Below, one piece after another: positions 54,828 through 64,000 of a stretch of 64,000 nucleotides of DNA (positions are counted from its first letter, which is position 1; each line of letters opens with the position of its first letter). The stretch is from the IMG/VR virus record IMGVR_UViG_3300002026_000020. One strand, written 5' to 3'. Both the position numbers and the translations under genes were made by a program. The notes under the pieces were generated by a model. That model made no database searches. It saw nothing but the letters and a program-made list of their open reading frames with translations, and was not told where the DNA came from. The DNA comes from a virus.

Positions 54828-56472
54828 ACTAACTTTTTACCATCTTTTTCCGAAAAATGATTACATAAGTATTCATAACCGTTTATTTGCAAAGATTATA
54901 TCAAATAGTTTTTTCGATGATTGTATTTTTTATTTTACAGTTGTTGGTGATAAATCGTCAGTAGAGTGGGAACGTTTAATAATGCCAAAAAATGCAAATA
55001 TTAGATATGTTGAAAATACTAAGCATCAAAGCGAATCGCCTGCTTTTATATGGATGCGTGAGAAAGTTACAGACAACACTATAAAAGATGATGATAATAT
55101 ATTTTATTTTCATTGCAAAGGAAGTTCTCAGCCGGGCACGATAAAATGGAAAGAACATATACATAAAAGTTTACATTCCAAATTTGCTATTAACAACTGG
55201 GTTGATGTTATGTGTTATTTTCTTATAGAGAAGATACAAGAGTTTATTCCTAAATTAAATCAGTATGGAACTCTTGGCGCATATCCAATCTACAGATTTG
55301 GTGATAAAACATTACACATAGCTGGTACTACTGGAAATATTTGGTGGGTAACTGGTGACGTTATAAAAAATATTACGAAAATAGAGAATCTTGAAGAACG
55401 TCCTCGTTTATATTATGAGTATGAAATGATTAGGGATATTTTAAGAGTGTCGTGCAGAGAATACAAATATATGTATTATGTTAATGACTCTCATTTATCG
55501 GTATATACGCTATCATCACCCAACGAAATAGAGTGTGTAAATGGATATATTAATAAGGAATTTAACGATTTAATAAACTTTGCTTTACCAAAAAATGAAA
55601 ATAATATTGCAGTTATATGTGAAGTAATTGATGCTGAATCTCGTAAAAATTTAGAGAACACTCCACAGTCTTTTAATAATTATAAAATTTCTGGAAGAGA
55701 TGACGATGATTGCTTAATTAAAATAATATGTTTTGGTAAGAATAGAAAATTTTCTTCTGATTTTATTCATGATTGTGCAAGACGCTACAAAAATTCTAAT
55801 ATTTATGATCCACATATAGATGACTATAAATTTTTAATTTATGATAATAGTACAGTTATTATCCCAGGTAAAAAAACCAAAAAAAATAAATACTTAAATG
55901 TGAGTCTATTTTTAGAACAACAGAATAAGAAATATGAAATTGGTACAATATCAAGGTCAGATTTAGTATCTCGTAATTTTTCATCTGAGTTTATTTTTAA
56001 TAATTATAAAAATTTGAAAACTTACATTTATAACAATGAAGTATTGATGTTACGAGATAATAATGAAAATGTAAAATACATTTTTAGATATGTAGAAAAT
56101 ATAAACATGCTATATGGATATGGTACATATGATGGGTATGGTGATGAGCCATACTATATACAAGAGTTAAACTACGTCAATACACATAAAGTAAAACAAA
56201 AAGAATTGATTTCCAATAAAAATAGTACATGTAGTAATGTCAATACATCTATAATAAGTATAGTTTACGGAAGTGATGAATGTGATATATGGGTTGATGT
56301 TACCGATAAGTTGCTAAACATAATTTCATGTAACAATAATTTTATATTTAATTTAAACGAAGAGTTAGATTCCATATGTGGCGACCCAATACCGGGAAAA
56401 AAGAAGTCTATAAAAATAAATACACTGACCGGCACCAAAATTATAGATGCCGATCAGTGTATTACTTTGTAA
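54820..56472 (+). CDS. AT-rich glycan-related protein with C-terminal lectin-like domain
   Basis: YFHCKG, GNIWW; C-terminal YG..WVDVT..GDPIPGKKK. Confidence 0.55.
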   Translation: MSKLTFYHLFPKNDYISIHNRLFAKIISNSFFDDCIFYFTVVGDKSSVEWERLIMPKNANIRYVENTKHQSESPAFIWMREKVTDNTIKDDDNIFYFHCKGSSQPGTIKWKEHIHKSLHSKFAINNWVDVMCYFLIEKIQEFIPKLNQYGTLGAYPIYRFGDKTLHIAGTTGNIWWVTGDVIKNITKIENLEERPRLYYEYEMIRDILRVSCREYKYMYYVNDSHLSVYTLSSPNEIECVNGYINKEFNDLINFALPKNENNIAVICEVIDAESRKNLENTPQSFNNYKISGRDDDDCLIKIICFGKNRKFSSDFIHDCARRYKNSNIYDPHIDDYKFLIYDNSTVIIPGKKTKKNKYLNVSLFLEQQNKKYEIGTISRSDLVSRNFSSEFIFNNYKNLKTYIYNNEVLMLRDNNENVKYIFRYVENINMLYGYGTYDGYGDEPYYIQELNYVNTHKVKQKELISNKNSTCSNVNTSIISIVYGSDECDIWVDVTDKLLNIISCNNNFIFNLNEELDSICGDPIPGKKKSIKINTLTGTKIIDADQCITL

Positions 56473-56473
56473 C

Positions 56474-57064
56474 TTACTTGCCGCCTATATTGATAAGCTC
56501 ACCTTCATTGACAGTGATATTCTTCTTCATTCCACGAATCGTGTATTCGATACGCATTTCTTTACGGACCTGTGGGGCAGGATCACCCATACCAAAATCT
56601 CCAGCCTTTATTGTAAGTGTCTTACCATCAGAGAACCCCTTCAGCTTCTCGGTAACATCAACCCACTTGTTCGCAGCGCCATAGCTGGCAGAAATAATAA
56701 CCAGATCATCTGTCTTACCACCTAAAAGATCGGAATTCTTTGCATCCCTCTCGTCTATTAGCGCCACTACAGCATCCACAGTCATCGCCTCCTGCTTCGC
56801 CTTGATAGCCATAGCAAGCTCAAGGTTTCCCGCCTTGGTAGCAGCCTGCTTCTCCTTCTCCAGAGCCGCCTGTAGCTTCTTTACCTCGGCTTCCACAGCC
56901 TTGATATAGACGCTGCGAGCCTTGTTCACGGCGTCGTTCATAGTGTCCTCTGCCTTGATGACAGGGGCAGGCAGCGGGACTTCCTTCTTCTCAGGAGGAT
57001 CCGCTGCCCAGCCAGCCGAAGCAGCCAGAGCGATAGCGAGTAGGGTAGAGGTCAGTCGGTTCAT
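56474..57064 (-). CDS. Secreted protein with SUEL/DUF3395-like lectin domain
   Basis: Signal peptide ending AGWA-ADPP; ISASYG..WVDVT..GDPAPQVRK. Confidence 0.7.
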   Translation of the reverse strand: MNRLTSTLLAIALAASAGWAADPPEKKEVPLPAPVIKAEDTMNDAVNKARSVYIKAVEAEVKKLQAALEKEKQAATKAGNLELAMAIKAKQEAMTVDAVVALIDERDAKNSDLLGGKTDDLVIISASYGAANKWVDVTEKLKGFSDGKTLTIKAGDFGMGDPAPQVRKEMRIEYTIRGMKKNITVNEGELINIGGK

Positions 57065-57288
57065 GGTATTGTTCCTTTGTATCTGCCATAAGTATATGAA
57101 CAGGCACCGCAAGTCAATAACCAGTTGACTTATAGGTTTATTAGGTGTGTCACACACTTTTAGATAAAGAACCCCGCAAATCTTCATGTTTATTTCATCC
57201 ACCCCATTTGCATAACTGGAACCCTCGGGTATACTTTATTCATCAACCAGGGGGAAAGAAACCCCCGTATCTCAAAAGGAGAAAACAA

Positions 57289-57555
57289 ATGAGAGTGACC
57301 GCAACCGAATACTTCATCGTCCGTGACCGCATCTCGGGTGGAGAGTATCTTACAACCCGCAAGAGCCGCAGCAACGTCAACCAGCCTGCGTATCGCTGGA
57401 CCAAGGCTCGCCGTAGCCTCGCCACCCGATTCGCAACGTATGATGCCGCTCAGAAGGCAAACCAGCGTTACGGTGGCGAACTCGTCCGCTGCACCAAGGT
57501 CGCTGTTCAGTCCTCGAAGGGCTACAGCAAGGCAACCTTTCAGGAAGTTCTCTGA
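57289..57555 (+). CDS. Small basic hypothetical protein
   Basis: AAGGAG RBS, upstream promoter, downstream terminator. Confidence 0.7.
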   Translation: MRVTATEYFIVRDRISGGEYLTTRKSRSNVNQPAYRWTKARRSLATRFATYDAAQKANQRYGGELVRCTKVAVQSSKGYSKATFQEVL

Positions 57556-57585
57556 GCTAACTGGAGTAGTCTAATAGACGCTGCA

Positions 57586-57620
57586 AGAACCCAGGAGCAA
57601 CCCTCCTGGGTTCTTCGTTT
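57586..57620 (+). terminator. Intrinsic terminator
   Basis: AAGAACCCAGGAG-caacc-CTCCTGGGTTCTT. Confidence 0.75.
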
Positions 57621-57653
57621 AGATAAATACGGAAACAAGAGTATAATAACTCC

Positions 57654-57947
57654 ATGACTCCGCTATTGACACTACTATTCATGCTTCTCGGGTCGTTGTC
57701 TCTTACAAAAATGTGGGCAGACTCCGACATATTCACTCCCGTCCGTAACAAGATGGCAGATTACCCATGGCTTCGTAAGCCATGGCTGTGCGCTAAGTGC
57801 ATGTCATTCTGGTTCGGTGTTCTCTCAGCCGTGCTGATAGGCGACCCGTTCCACCAGTTAGGAGTTACTATAGGAGTGTCAACCGCATTTTGCGGTCTTG
57901 TCACTCATCTCATCGTTTGCATATTATCAGATAAAGAAATATTCTAA
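57654..57947 (+). CDS. Membrane protein (DUF1360-like)
   Basis: D.IF.P.R..C..CMSFW pattern. Confidence 0.65.
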   Translation: MTPLLTLLFMLLGSLSLTKMWADSDIFTPVRNKMADYPWLRKPWLCAKCMSFWFGVLSAVLIGDPFHQLGVTIGVSTAFCGLVTHLIVCILSDKEIF

Positions 57948-57956
57948 GGAGTATCT

Positions 57957-58457
57957 ATGCCAGAAATTCTCAACGTTCCAATTTTCCTCGAAACTATTAG
58001 GGTCAATGATAAATATAGAGAAGAGTTTACCGCAATTGCCCCTGAAGTGAAAGCCGACATTATCTCATTCAAGGATAATCCCAAGTGCAACTGCCGACGT
58101 AAGATACATGAATACTATGAGCAGAATAAAGCCAGAGCCGATATACAGTCGTTCATACAGAAGTGGAAGACTCAGATACCAAATTTAATCATCAATGTAA
58201 CACCAAACACCCAAACCACTACAACCCCCGCAACAACAGTATCGGTTCAAGCGGTCAACGAGGCTCCGGTTGTAAATCCAGCCCAAGCTAAGATAAAGCC
58301 GATGGAAGGTCATGTGGTTGAGATTCCAGCCCTTCCAGCCGAATATAAGACTCTCATAGAACATAGCAGAAAAGACAGATGGGTGTACCGTGGTGTGAGT
58401 GTTATGGAGAAGGTCGGAGATGATGGTCAAAAGACTTGGTTAGTATTTTTCTTCTGA
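57957..58457 (+). CDS. Hypothetical protein
   Basis: AAGGAG RBS; NPKCNC. Confidence 0.7.
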   Translation: MPEILNVPIFLETIRVNDKYREEFTAIAPEVKADIISFKDNPKCNCRRKIHEYYEQNKARADIQSFIQKWKTQIPNLIINVTPNTQTTTTPATTVSVQAVNEAPVVNPAQAKIKPMEGHVVEIPALPAEYKTLIEHSRKDRWVYRGVSVMEKVGDDGQKTWLVFFF

Positions 58458-58469
58458 TAGGAGCAATGG

Positions 58470-60098
58470 ATGACACCGATTGGTGCGGATATAACTGACA
58501 TAGGCAACGATGTATTTACCTTCAACGGCAACTACAGAGCTATTGTTGAGGATAACGAAGACCCCATAGATATTGGGCGTGTTCGTGTTCGCATATTCGG
58601 AATGCACTCACTTGACCCCGCAGAAACACCAGTAGACCATTTGCCGTGGGCAGAGCCTTGTCTCGCACCATATTACTCAGGCGGTAAGAACCTCGAATCT
58701 CGTGAAGAGAAAGACCCAAAGCGTTTCACCCCCGAAGGCAGCGTCTTTACCCCGCCCCCAAAGACAACAACCGAGCTAACTGAGTCGTTTGTTGATACCG
58801 TCATGCAGAAAGAAGGCTCGGGCGGTATGTTCACCGTTCCTCGCAAGGGTACAATGGTTTGGATATTCTTCGAGAATGGCGACCATACCCGCCCTCAGTA
58901 TTGGGCGCTTGCCTCCAAGAAAGACGATTGGGTAGCTCAGAAGAACAAGTTAGTCAGTGAAATCAAGATAAAGCGTGATAACGTTACCTATTGGCGTGAT
59001 GTGTTTCAGAAAGCACTTGACGCCGCTGAACACAAGGGTAAAGACACTCCAACGCAGAATGCCAAGCTCAAACTCATCAATGAGAAGCCTAAGCTTGAGA
59101 TATTCAACGTTGACGATATTGAGAACTACCACATAACCAGCTACACAAGCCCAGGTGGCGTAACTCACATCGTCGTCAATAAGAAGGGTCTTGAGAAGCA
59201 TTACATCATTCACAAAGGAACCATAGAATACGTTGAACACAACGGGCAGCGTAAGCTGATGGTTGGTAACAACGGCTTCAAGGATTCCTCGCAGACAGGT
59301 AAAGCTAATGACCTTGAAGAGCTTGTAGCCAACAACTATGAGCTTCACATCGGAGGCGACTTTGAGGTATTTGTCAAGAAGTCGAAGTCAGTTCAGATTG
59401 ATGGTGACTGTCAAGTAAACGTCAAGAAGAACATCGGTATCGTCTGCCGTGAAGGCAACGTGTCTATCATTGTTGAAAAGGGCGACTGCAACATTGACAC
59501 CAAGGGCAAGACCAACATCCATGCCGCTGACCAGATTCAGGTTCACTCCAACAAAGACATATTCATCAAGAATGATGCTACACTAAACGTTCACTCTGTC
59601 AAGAAGATGTCGGTTACTTGCGATGATGAAATATCATTCAAGGCTGCTAAGGCTATTTCGTTTGAGGCTGGAACCGACTTCAATGTGAAAGCCGGTAAGA
59701 CTGCCAATGTTACTACAGGAACTACAACGTCATTCAAGTGTACACAATACAGCGTTACATGCACTCCTGCCGGATTCCATGTTGACGCTGGAAGTAAGTT
59801 CCGTATAGATCCCGCTGGTTTCGGTGGAGACAAGACCTGTAACGCTCAAGTGGTCAATGCTCGCCACCCAGGATGCTTCCCAGGACCGATTGCAGGCTTT
59901 GCTACGCCATATCCTGGCACACCCCTACCTCCGACACCACCAATAGCTCCAACCCCTCTAAAGTTCGTTGTAGGGGCTTCCACGACACTTGAAGCAGCCA
60001 ACCCCCCCGCATTCACAGATGTTCCAAACGGCACTCCGTTGCCTCCTGTGAACACACCACCCCCATCCAAGTTCCAATTCTTCGGGCTTGAAGCGTAA
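58470..60098 (+). CDS. Baseplate hub/spike, T4 gp5/VgrG-like
   Basis: YRAIVEDNEDP..GRVRVRIFG.H..LPWA, VP..G..VWIFFENGD; beta-helix repeats. Confidence 0.9.
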   Translation: MTPIGADITDIGNDVFTFNGNYRAIVEDNEDPIDIGRVRVRIFGMHSLDPAETPVDHLPWAEPCLAPYYSGGKNLESREEKDPKRFTPEGSVFTPPPKTTTELTESFVDTVMQKEGSGGMFTVPRKGTMVWIFFENGDHTRPQYWALASKKDDWVAQKNKLVSEIKIKRDNVTYWRDVFQKALDAAEHKGKDTPTQNAKLKLINEKPKLEIFNVDDIENYHITSYTSPGGVTHIVVNKKGLEKHYIIHKGTIEYVEHNGQRKLMVGNNGFKDSSQTGKANDLEELVANNYELHIGGDFEVFVKKSKSVQIDGDCQVNVKKNIGIVCREGNVSIIVEKGDCNIDTKGKTNIHAADQIQVHSNKDIFIKNDATLNVHSVKKMSVTCDDEISFKAAKAISFEAGTDFNVKAGKTANVTTGTTTSFKCTQYSVTCTPAGFHVDAGSKFRIDPAGFGGDKTCNAQVVNARHPGCFPGPIAGFATPYPGTPLPPTPPIAPTPLKFVVGASTTLEAANPPAFTDVPNGTPLPPVNTPPPSKFQFFGLEA

Positions 60099-60130
60099 AT
60101 ATATAAATAACCTGTAAAGGGTTTTCATAT

Positions 60131-60523
60131 ATGGCGCGTGCCCTAAAAAGACAATTTCTATACAACGACCTTCCATTCAATATGGAACTCGGGGCAGACG
60201 GTGACGTTCCTATGAAGGGCGACCGTGACGCTATCAGACAGGCTATATTCAATATTCTAAATACTGTCAAGGGAAGTAGACAAATAAACCCTGACTTTGG
60301 ATGTAACTTGAACCTTTATCTCTTTGAGCCGTATAATGAAAATACTGCCATGAAGATAGGTGAAGATATATCAAGGAACATAAATGGGGAGCCGAGAATA
60401 ACCCCGTTGAAGATAGATGTTACGATGGATGATGAAAACGCGGCATATGCGATTGAGGTTGTTTATCAAATCAAATCAACGCAGACACGGGACAGCATAA
60501 ACTTTAGACTACAGGCGCTCTAA
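60131..60523 (+). CDS. Baseplate wedge subunit, T4 gp25-like
   Basis: AIRQAIFNILNT.KG.R..NPDFGC.L..LFEP, EPRI. Confidence 0.92.
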   Translation: MARALKRQFLYNDLPFNMELGADGDVPMKGDRDAIRQAIFNILNTVKGSRQINPDFGCNLNLYLFEPYNENTAMKIGEDISRNINGEPRITPLKIDVTMDDENAAYAIEVVYQIKSTQTRDSINFRLQAL

Positions 60524-60524
60524 T

Positions 60525-63500
60525 ATGGATGAAACAAAAGAAAAGAGAAGTTTAGACTATACAACCTTTGACTTCGCTGAGAAGTTGACGGAGTATGAGG
60601 CTTTCCTCCGCGATACCAACACTTTCAAGGATTTCCAGGCAGAAGGATCTAACATCCGTGTTCTCATGGAACTCATGGCAATGCAGGGTTCGCAGAACTC
60701 GTTTTACACCCATGCCGCTGCTAATGAGATATTCCAGCCAACCGCCAAGCTCTACAAGTCGCTCAACAAGGTTGGAAATACCCTGCGTTACGCCGCTCGT
60801 GGTAAGACCGCATCCAAGGTCGATGTAGTCGGCTCGTTGAACCCTGAATACGTTTACGGCAAGATATCTCAGTATATTGAAATACCAGCATACTCGGTAT
60901 TCCCATCAAACTCACCAACATCAACGGGAGCTTCTTTCTCGTTCACTAACCCATTGCCTATCGTGTATATCGTTCGTGGCTTTGGTATTCGTGAGTTGCA
61001 GGCTGAAGATATTCGCTACAAGGGATACCCACTTCCATACACATCGTCAACTCCGTTCTTCATGTTGAACGCCACAGATGTCGGTATTGACCCTACACAG
61101 ATAACATTGCCTTTGTCGTTGACCAAGCCAATGTCGGTTATAAAGAAGACAACCACAGACAACTACCGTGGCTTTGACACCGACAACTATCCGCTGCTCA
61201 ATCGCTCCGACAACCAGAGCGTCGGTCAGCCGTTCTCAAAGACCATCACAACCCAGGAATACGGCTCGCCGCTTGTTCCAGGCAGCACATATGCTTTGAT
61301 ATTGAACCTCGACCCGGCTACATCAACTCCATACATGACGGTAGCAGAAGCCAATAATGTCATTCAGGATAAGCAGGATGACGTTATCTGCACATTCTCA
61401 TTGCAGCCAACCGATTCCACAAACTCGTTCTACACTCTCCAGATAGATGAGATGCGCTCCTACAGACGCTTCTATGTCGGTGTCACGGGTCTTCAGAACC
61501 TCGAAAGCTGCCGTCTTGAATATGATGCAATCCCAGGACGTGACAATGCCGTTGAGAGAATCAAGCTTATCGTCAACAAAGACGGCAACTCGGCTCCGCT
61601 CTCAGCACTCATCAATGGAAACATATTCACCTTCCAGACAGGAACCATATTCAGTCAGAAGATTCCTATCGACTTTTGGGATACTGGAATCGAAGAATAC
61701 AATGTAAACCTCGTCATAACCGATGAACTCTCGCCAGAGACAAACTATGGTGCGCAGCTTGTCATTACTTCACAGGAGCCAATCTCCAACCAAGTAACCG
61801 TTGCCAAGATAAACACCAAGTATACTGACGCTTCGACCAACACCAAGACTCTCGAATCAACTTCGGGCAAGCGTTTCGGTGACTTGAAGTTCGTTGACAA
61901 GGCTCCTATCAAGACCTCAGAGCAGAAGGCAGGCAGAATATTCTTCCAGAAGGGCGAAACCGTTCAGAAGATAATATTCGATACACCGTTCGTTCCATCG
62001 GGAACTGAAACAAGTGCATCATATATAGCCAATATAACCCCCGAAGGCAACGTTCGCACATGGTACGCAAACAAGACTGACGGAAGCTTTGAGTTGTATG
62101 TTGAGCCTAACTCGCAGTTTGAGGGCTTTATAGCATGGAGCGCCACAAGAACCGTTGAAGGATCCTTCAAGGAGATTTCGGTTCAGTTCACCGAGCCTAT
62201 CCCAACTGCCGTAAACGTCGCCGGTTCAACTTCTAACTACATGGTTCAGTTGACACCAAACGAGAACGTTCAGATTTGGTATGAGAATCCAACACCAGAG
62301 GGCTTCACCATCAGAACCGAAAAGGAGTTCCGTGGAAAGATAAGCTGGTCGGTATTCAACTACTTCAGCGGTGACGTTGTTCCTATTGAACCAGAATCGG
62401 CTTATCGTCAGCGTGGAACTATTCTTATAAACCCATCAGACGCCGAAACCGGCATTCCTGTCGAGTTGACAGTTCCTATCATTGACAAGAACTACGCCAT
62501 TCAGCTTGTTCCTAACAAGAACGTAGTTGTATACTACAACGACAAGCAATCAACTGGATTCACAGTCAAGGCTGAAAAGAACCAAGAGATTCTTACCGTT
62601 GATTGGTACGTTGACTCCAATGACGGATATGTATTCCAGAAGCATGGTGAGATAGACTTCTCGGGTCAATCGACTAATGAGCTTCAGATACCGGGACTCT
62701 ACTTCACAAACATTCCAGAGACATTTGAGATTCCTGGGCTTGTTCAGGGAAGCGTTTCATTCACATATGTCAATGCCAACACGGTTGTTGACTCTGCTAA
62801 TAACGGATTGTCAATATCACTTGACCCAACCCGCCAGTTCGAGACAGACACTCGCTTCCTCGTGGAAGATGACAGTGTTGCCGTAAACTCCATTCGTGTA
62901 TTCGTCAAGAATGAACGTGGAACCTGGGATGAATGGAACCGTGCTGGAACAGGATTCGATCAAGACGTTGCTCCTGGCAACTTCGTATTCTTCGCCAAGG
63001 TCGGACCAGACAAGCGCATCATGATTGAGTTTGGTGATGGGGTTGTTTGGGGAACTTCGATGATGAACAAGGAAACCTTCATCCTCGGTTTGAAGTCAAT
63101 CGGAAGCGAGGGCGATGTAGCTAAGGGAACTCTCTCAGAGAAGGTTGTTCTCTCGCAGTATATCCTCGGAAACGACAACACCAACATATCCTTCGAGAAG
63201 AACTTCGTGTCTCTCGTTGGCTTGAAGTCTGCCGTATACTTTGAGAACGGCAATACATCAACCCGTATCATCGACTCTGAGAGAACCCGCCTCAAGGAAA
63301 CCGACCTTATCATCATCCAGAACCAGAATGCGTTCGGTGGTAATGAAGTTGAAACGGTAGACGAGATTCGCCAGAACCTCACCAATACATTCATTCGTCA
63401 GGATAGAAACGTATCGTTGACTGACTATGAGAAGTATGTAAGAGAAGTATTCAGCAACTACCTACAGGAAGCCATTGTTCTGTCATATGAAGACGCTAAG

Positions 63501-64000
63501 AAGCAGGGTATCATAACAGGAAACCAAAACTACTGGTTCAATCATATCTTTGTCGTTGGCTTGAATAAAGACGGAAGTAACGTCATTCCAAGAAACCTCA
63601 AGGATGCCATGATCGCCAACTTGGATGGAACCTCGTTCCGCATGATGGGTGCCAAGCATGAGATAGTTGAAGCCACCTGGGTTCCCGTTGACGTTGCTAT
63701 AAGATACCGCAAGTCTAAGTTCGGAAGTGCTGAACAGGTTGAGACGCAGATGAGAAAGAACATACAAGACTTCTTCTCGCCTAAGAACCACTCACTCGGC
63801 GGCAAGATAAGCCACTCTGACCTTGTTTCAATACTCAAGGTGGAGTATGTCGAAGCGGTTGAAGTCATGCTCAACAAAGATCCAAACAACGCCTTCAACG
63901 CGAGCGACTACGATGTATCGGTAAGACAGTCTGACACCGATGTAAACGTCTCACGCAGAAACAAGCTTATGACCCTTGTAGCTAAAGACCCATCGCTCGT
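60525..64000 (+). CDS. Baseplate wedge subunit, T4 gp6-like (runs off window; absent from ORF track)
   Basis: MDETKEKRSLDYTTFDF..FKDFQAEGSNIRVLME; later FGDGVVWG and GGNEVETVDEIR. Confidence 0.85.
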   Translation, partial: MDETKEKRSLDYTTFDFAEKLTEYEAFLRDTNTFKDFQAEGSNIRVLMELMAMQGSQNSFYTHAAANEIFQPTAKLYKSLNKVGNTLRYAARGKTASKVDVVGSLNPEYVYGKISQYIEIPAYSVFPSNSPTSTGASFSFTNPLPIVYIVRGFGIRELQAEDIRYKGYPLPYTSSTPFFMLNATDVGIDPTQITLPLSLTKPMSVIKKTTTDNYRGFDTDNYPLLNRSDNQSVGQPFSKTITTQEYGSPLVPGSTYALILNLDPATSTPYMTVAEANNVIQDKQDDVICTFSLQPTDSTNSFYTLQIDEMRSYRRFYVGVTGLQNLESCRLEYDAIPGRDNAVERIKLIVNKDGNSAPLSALINGNIFTFQTGTIFSQKIPIDFWDTGIEEYNVNLVITDELSPETNYGAQLVITSQEPISNQVTVAKINTKYTDASTNTKTLESTSGKRFGDLKFVDKAPIKTSEQKAGRIFFQKGETVQKIIFDTPFVPSGTETSASYIANITPEGNVRTWYANKTDGSFELYVEPNSQFEGFIAWSATRTVEGSFKEISVQFTEPIPTAVNVAGSTSNYMVQLTPNENVQIWYENPTPEGFTIRTEKEFRGKISWSVFNYFSGDVVPIEPESAYRQRGTILINPSDAETGIPVELTVPIIDKNYAIQLVPNKNVVVYYNDKQSTGFTVKAEKNQEILTVDWYVDSNDGYVFQKHGEIDFSGQSTNELQIPGLYFTNIPETFEIPGLVQGSVSFTYVNANTVVDSANNGLSISLDPTRQFETDTRFLVEDDSVAVNSIRVFVKNERGTWDEWNRAGTGFDQDVAPGNFVFFAKVGPDKRIMIEFGDGVVWGTSMMNKETFILGLKSIGSEGDVAKGTLSEKVVLSQYILGNDNTNISFEKNFVSLVGLKSAVYFENGNTSTRIIDSERTRLKETDLIIIQNQNAFGGNEVETVDEIRQNLTNTFIRQDRNVSLTDYEKYVREVFSNYLQEAIVLSYEDAKKQGIITGNQNYWFNHIFVVGLNKDGSNVIPRNLKDAMIANLDGTSFRMMGAKHEIVEATWVPVDVAIRYRKSKFGSAEQVETQMRKNIQDFFSPKNHSLGGKISHSDLVSILKVEYVEAVEVMLNKDPNNAFNASDYDVSVRQSDTDVNVSRRNKLMTLVAKDPSL

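Noticed and set aside
1-64000. Genome-wide stop-codon reassignment
   Set aside because: Long ORFs are uninterrupted in code 11, and TAA, TGA and TAG all terminate well-defined genes.

Overview
This window comes from a large T4-like (myovirus, jumbo-type) bacteriophage genome. The evidence is baseplate gp5/gp25/gp6 homologues at the right end and many TATAAATA late promoters. From left to right it contains: (1) a ~11 kb surface-glycan modification cluster (FkbM methyltransferases; GT2, GT6, two GT11, GT25, GT-D); (2) probable virion-internal proteins, including a nucleotidyltransferase and a ligase-like/cytidylyltransferase fusion, two DNA methyltransferases and a class II ribonucleotide reductase; (3) a ~20 kb translation island with about 55 tRNA/tRNA-like genes in two arrays, RNase P RNA, many unannotated structured RNAs and nine homing endonucleases, followed by a PTH2-like gene and tmRNA; (4) small genes, nucleases and the baseplate module. 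The main discovery is that each tRNA array is preceded by a short leader ORF and a terminator/antiterminator switch of classical attenuator geometry. The codons of each leader match the anticodons of the tRNAs in its own downstream array, nearly isoacceptor by isoacceptor. This suggests a ribosome-based sensor of tRNA shortage that switches on the phage tRNA supply. Also notable are tRNA introns that are themselves CCA-ended mini-tRNAs, an RNA mimicking the 23S rRNA L11/L10-binding centre, D-armless tRNAs, and an amber-interrupted RGPP leader. All calls were made by eye. No database searches or folding programs were run.
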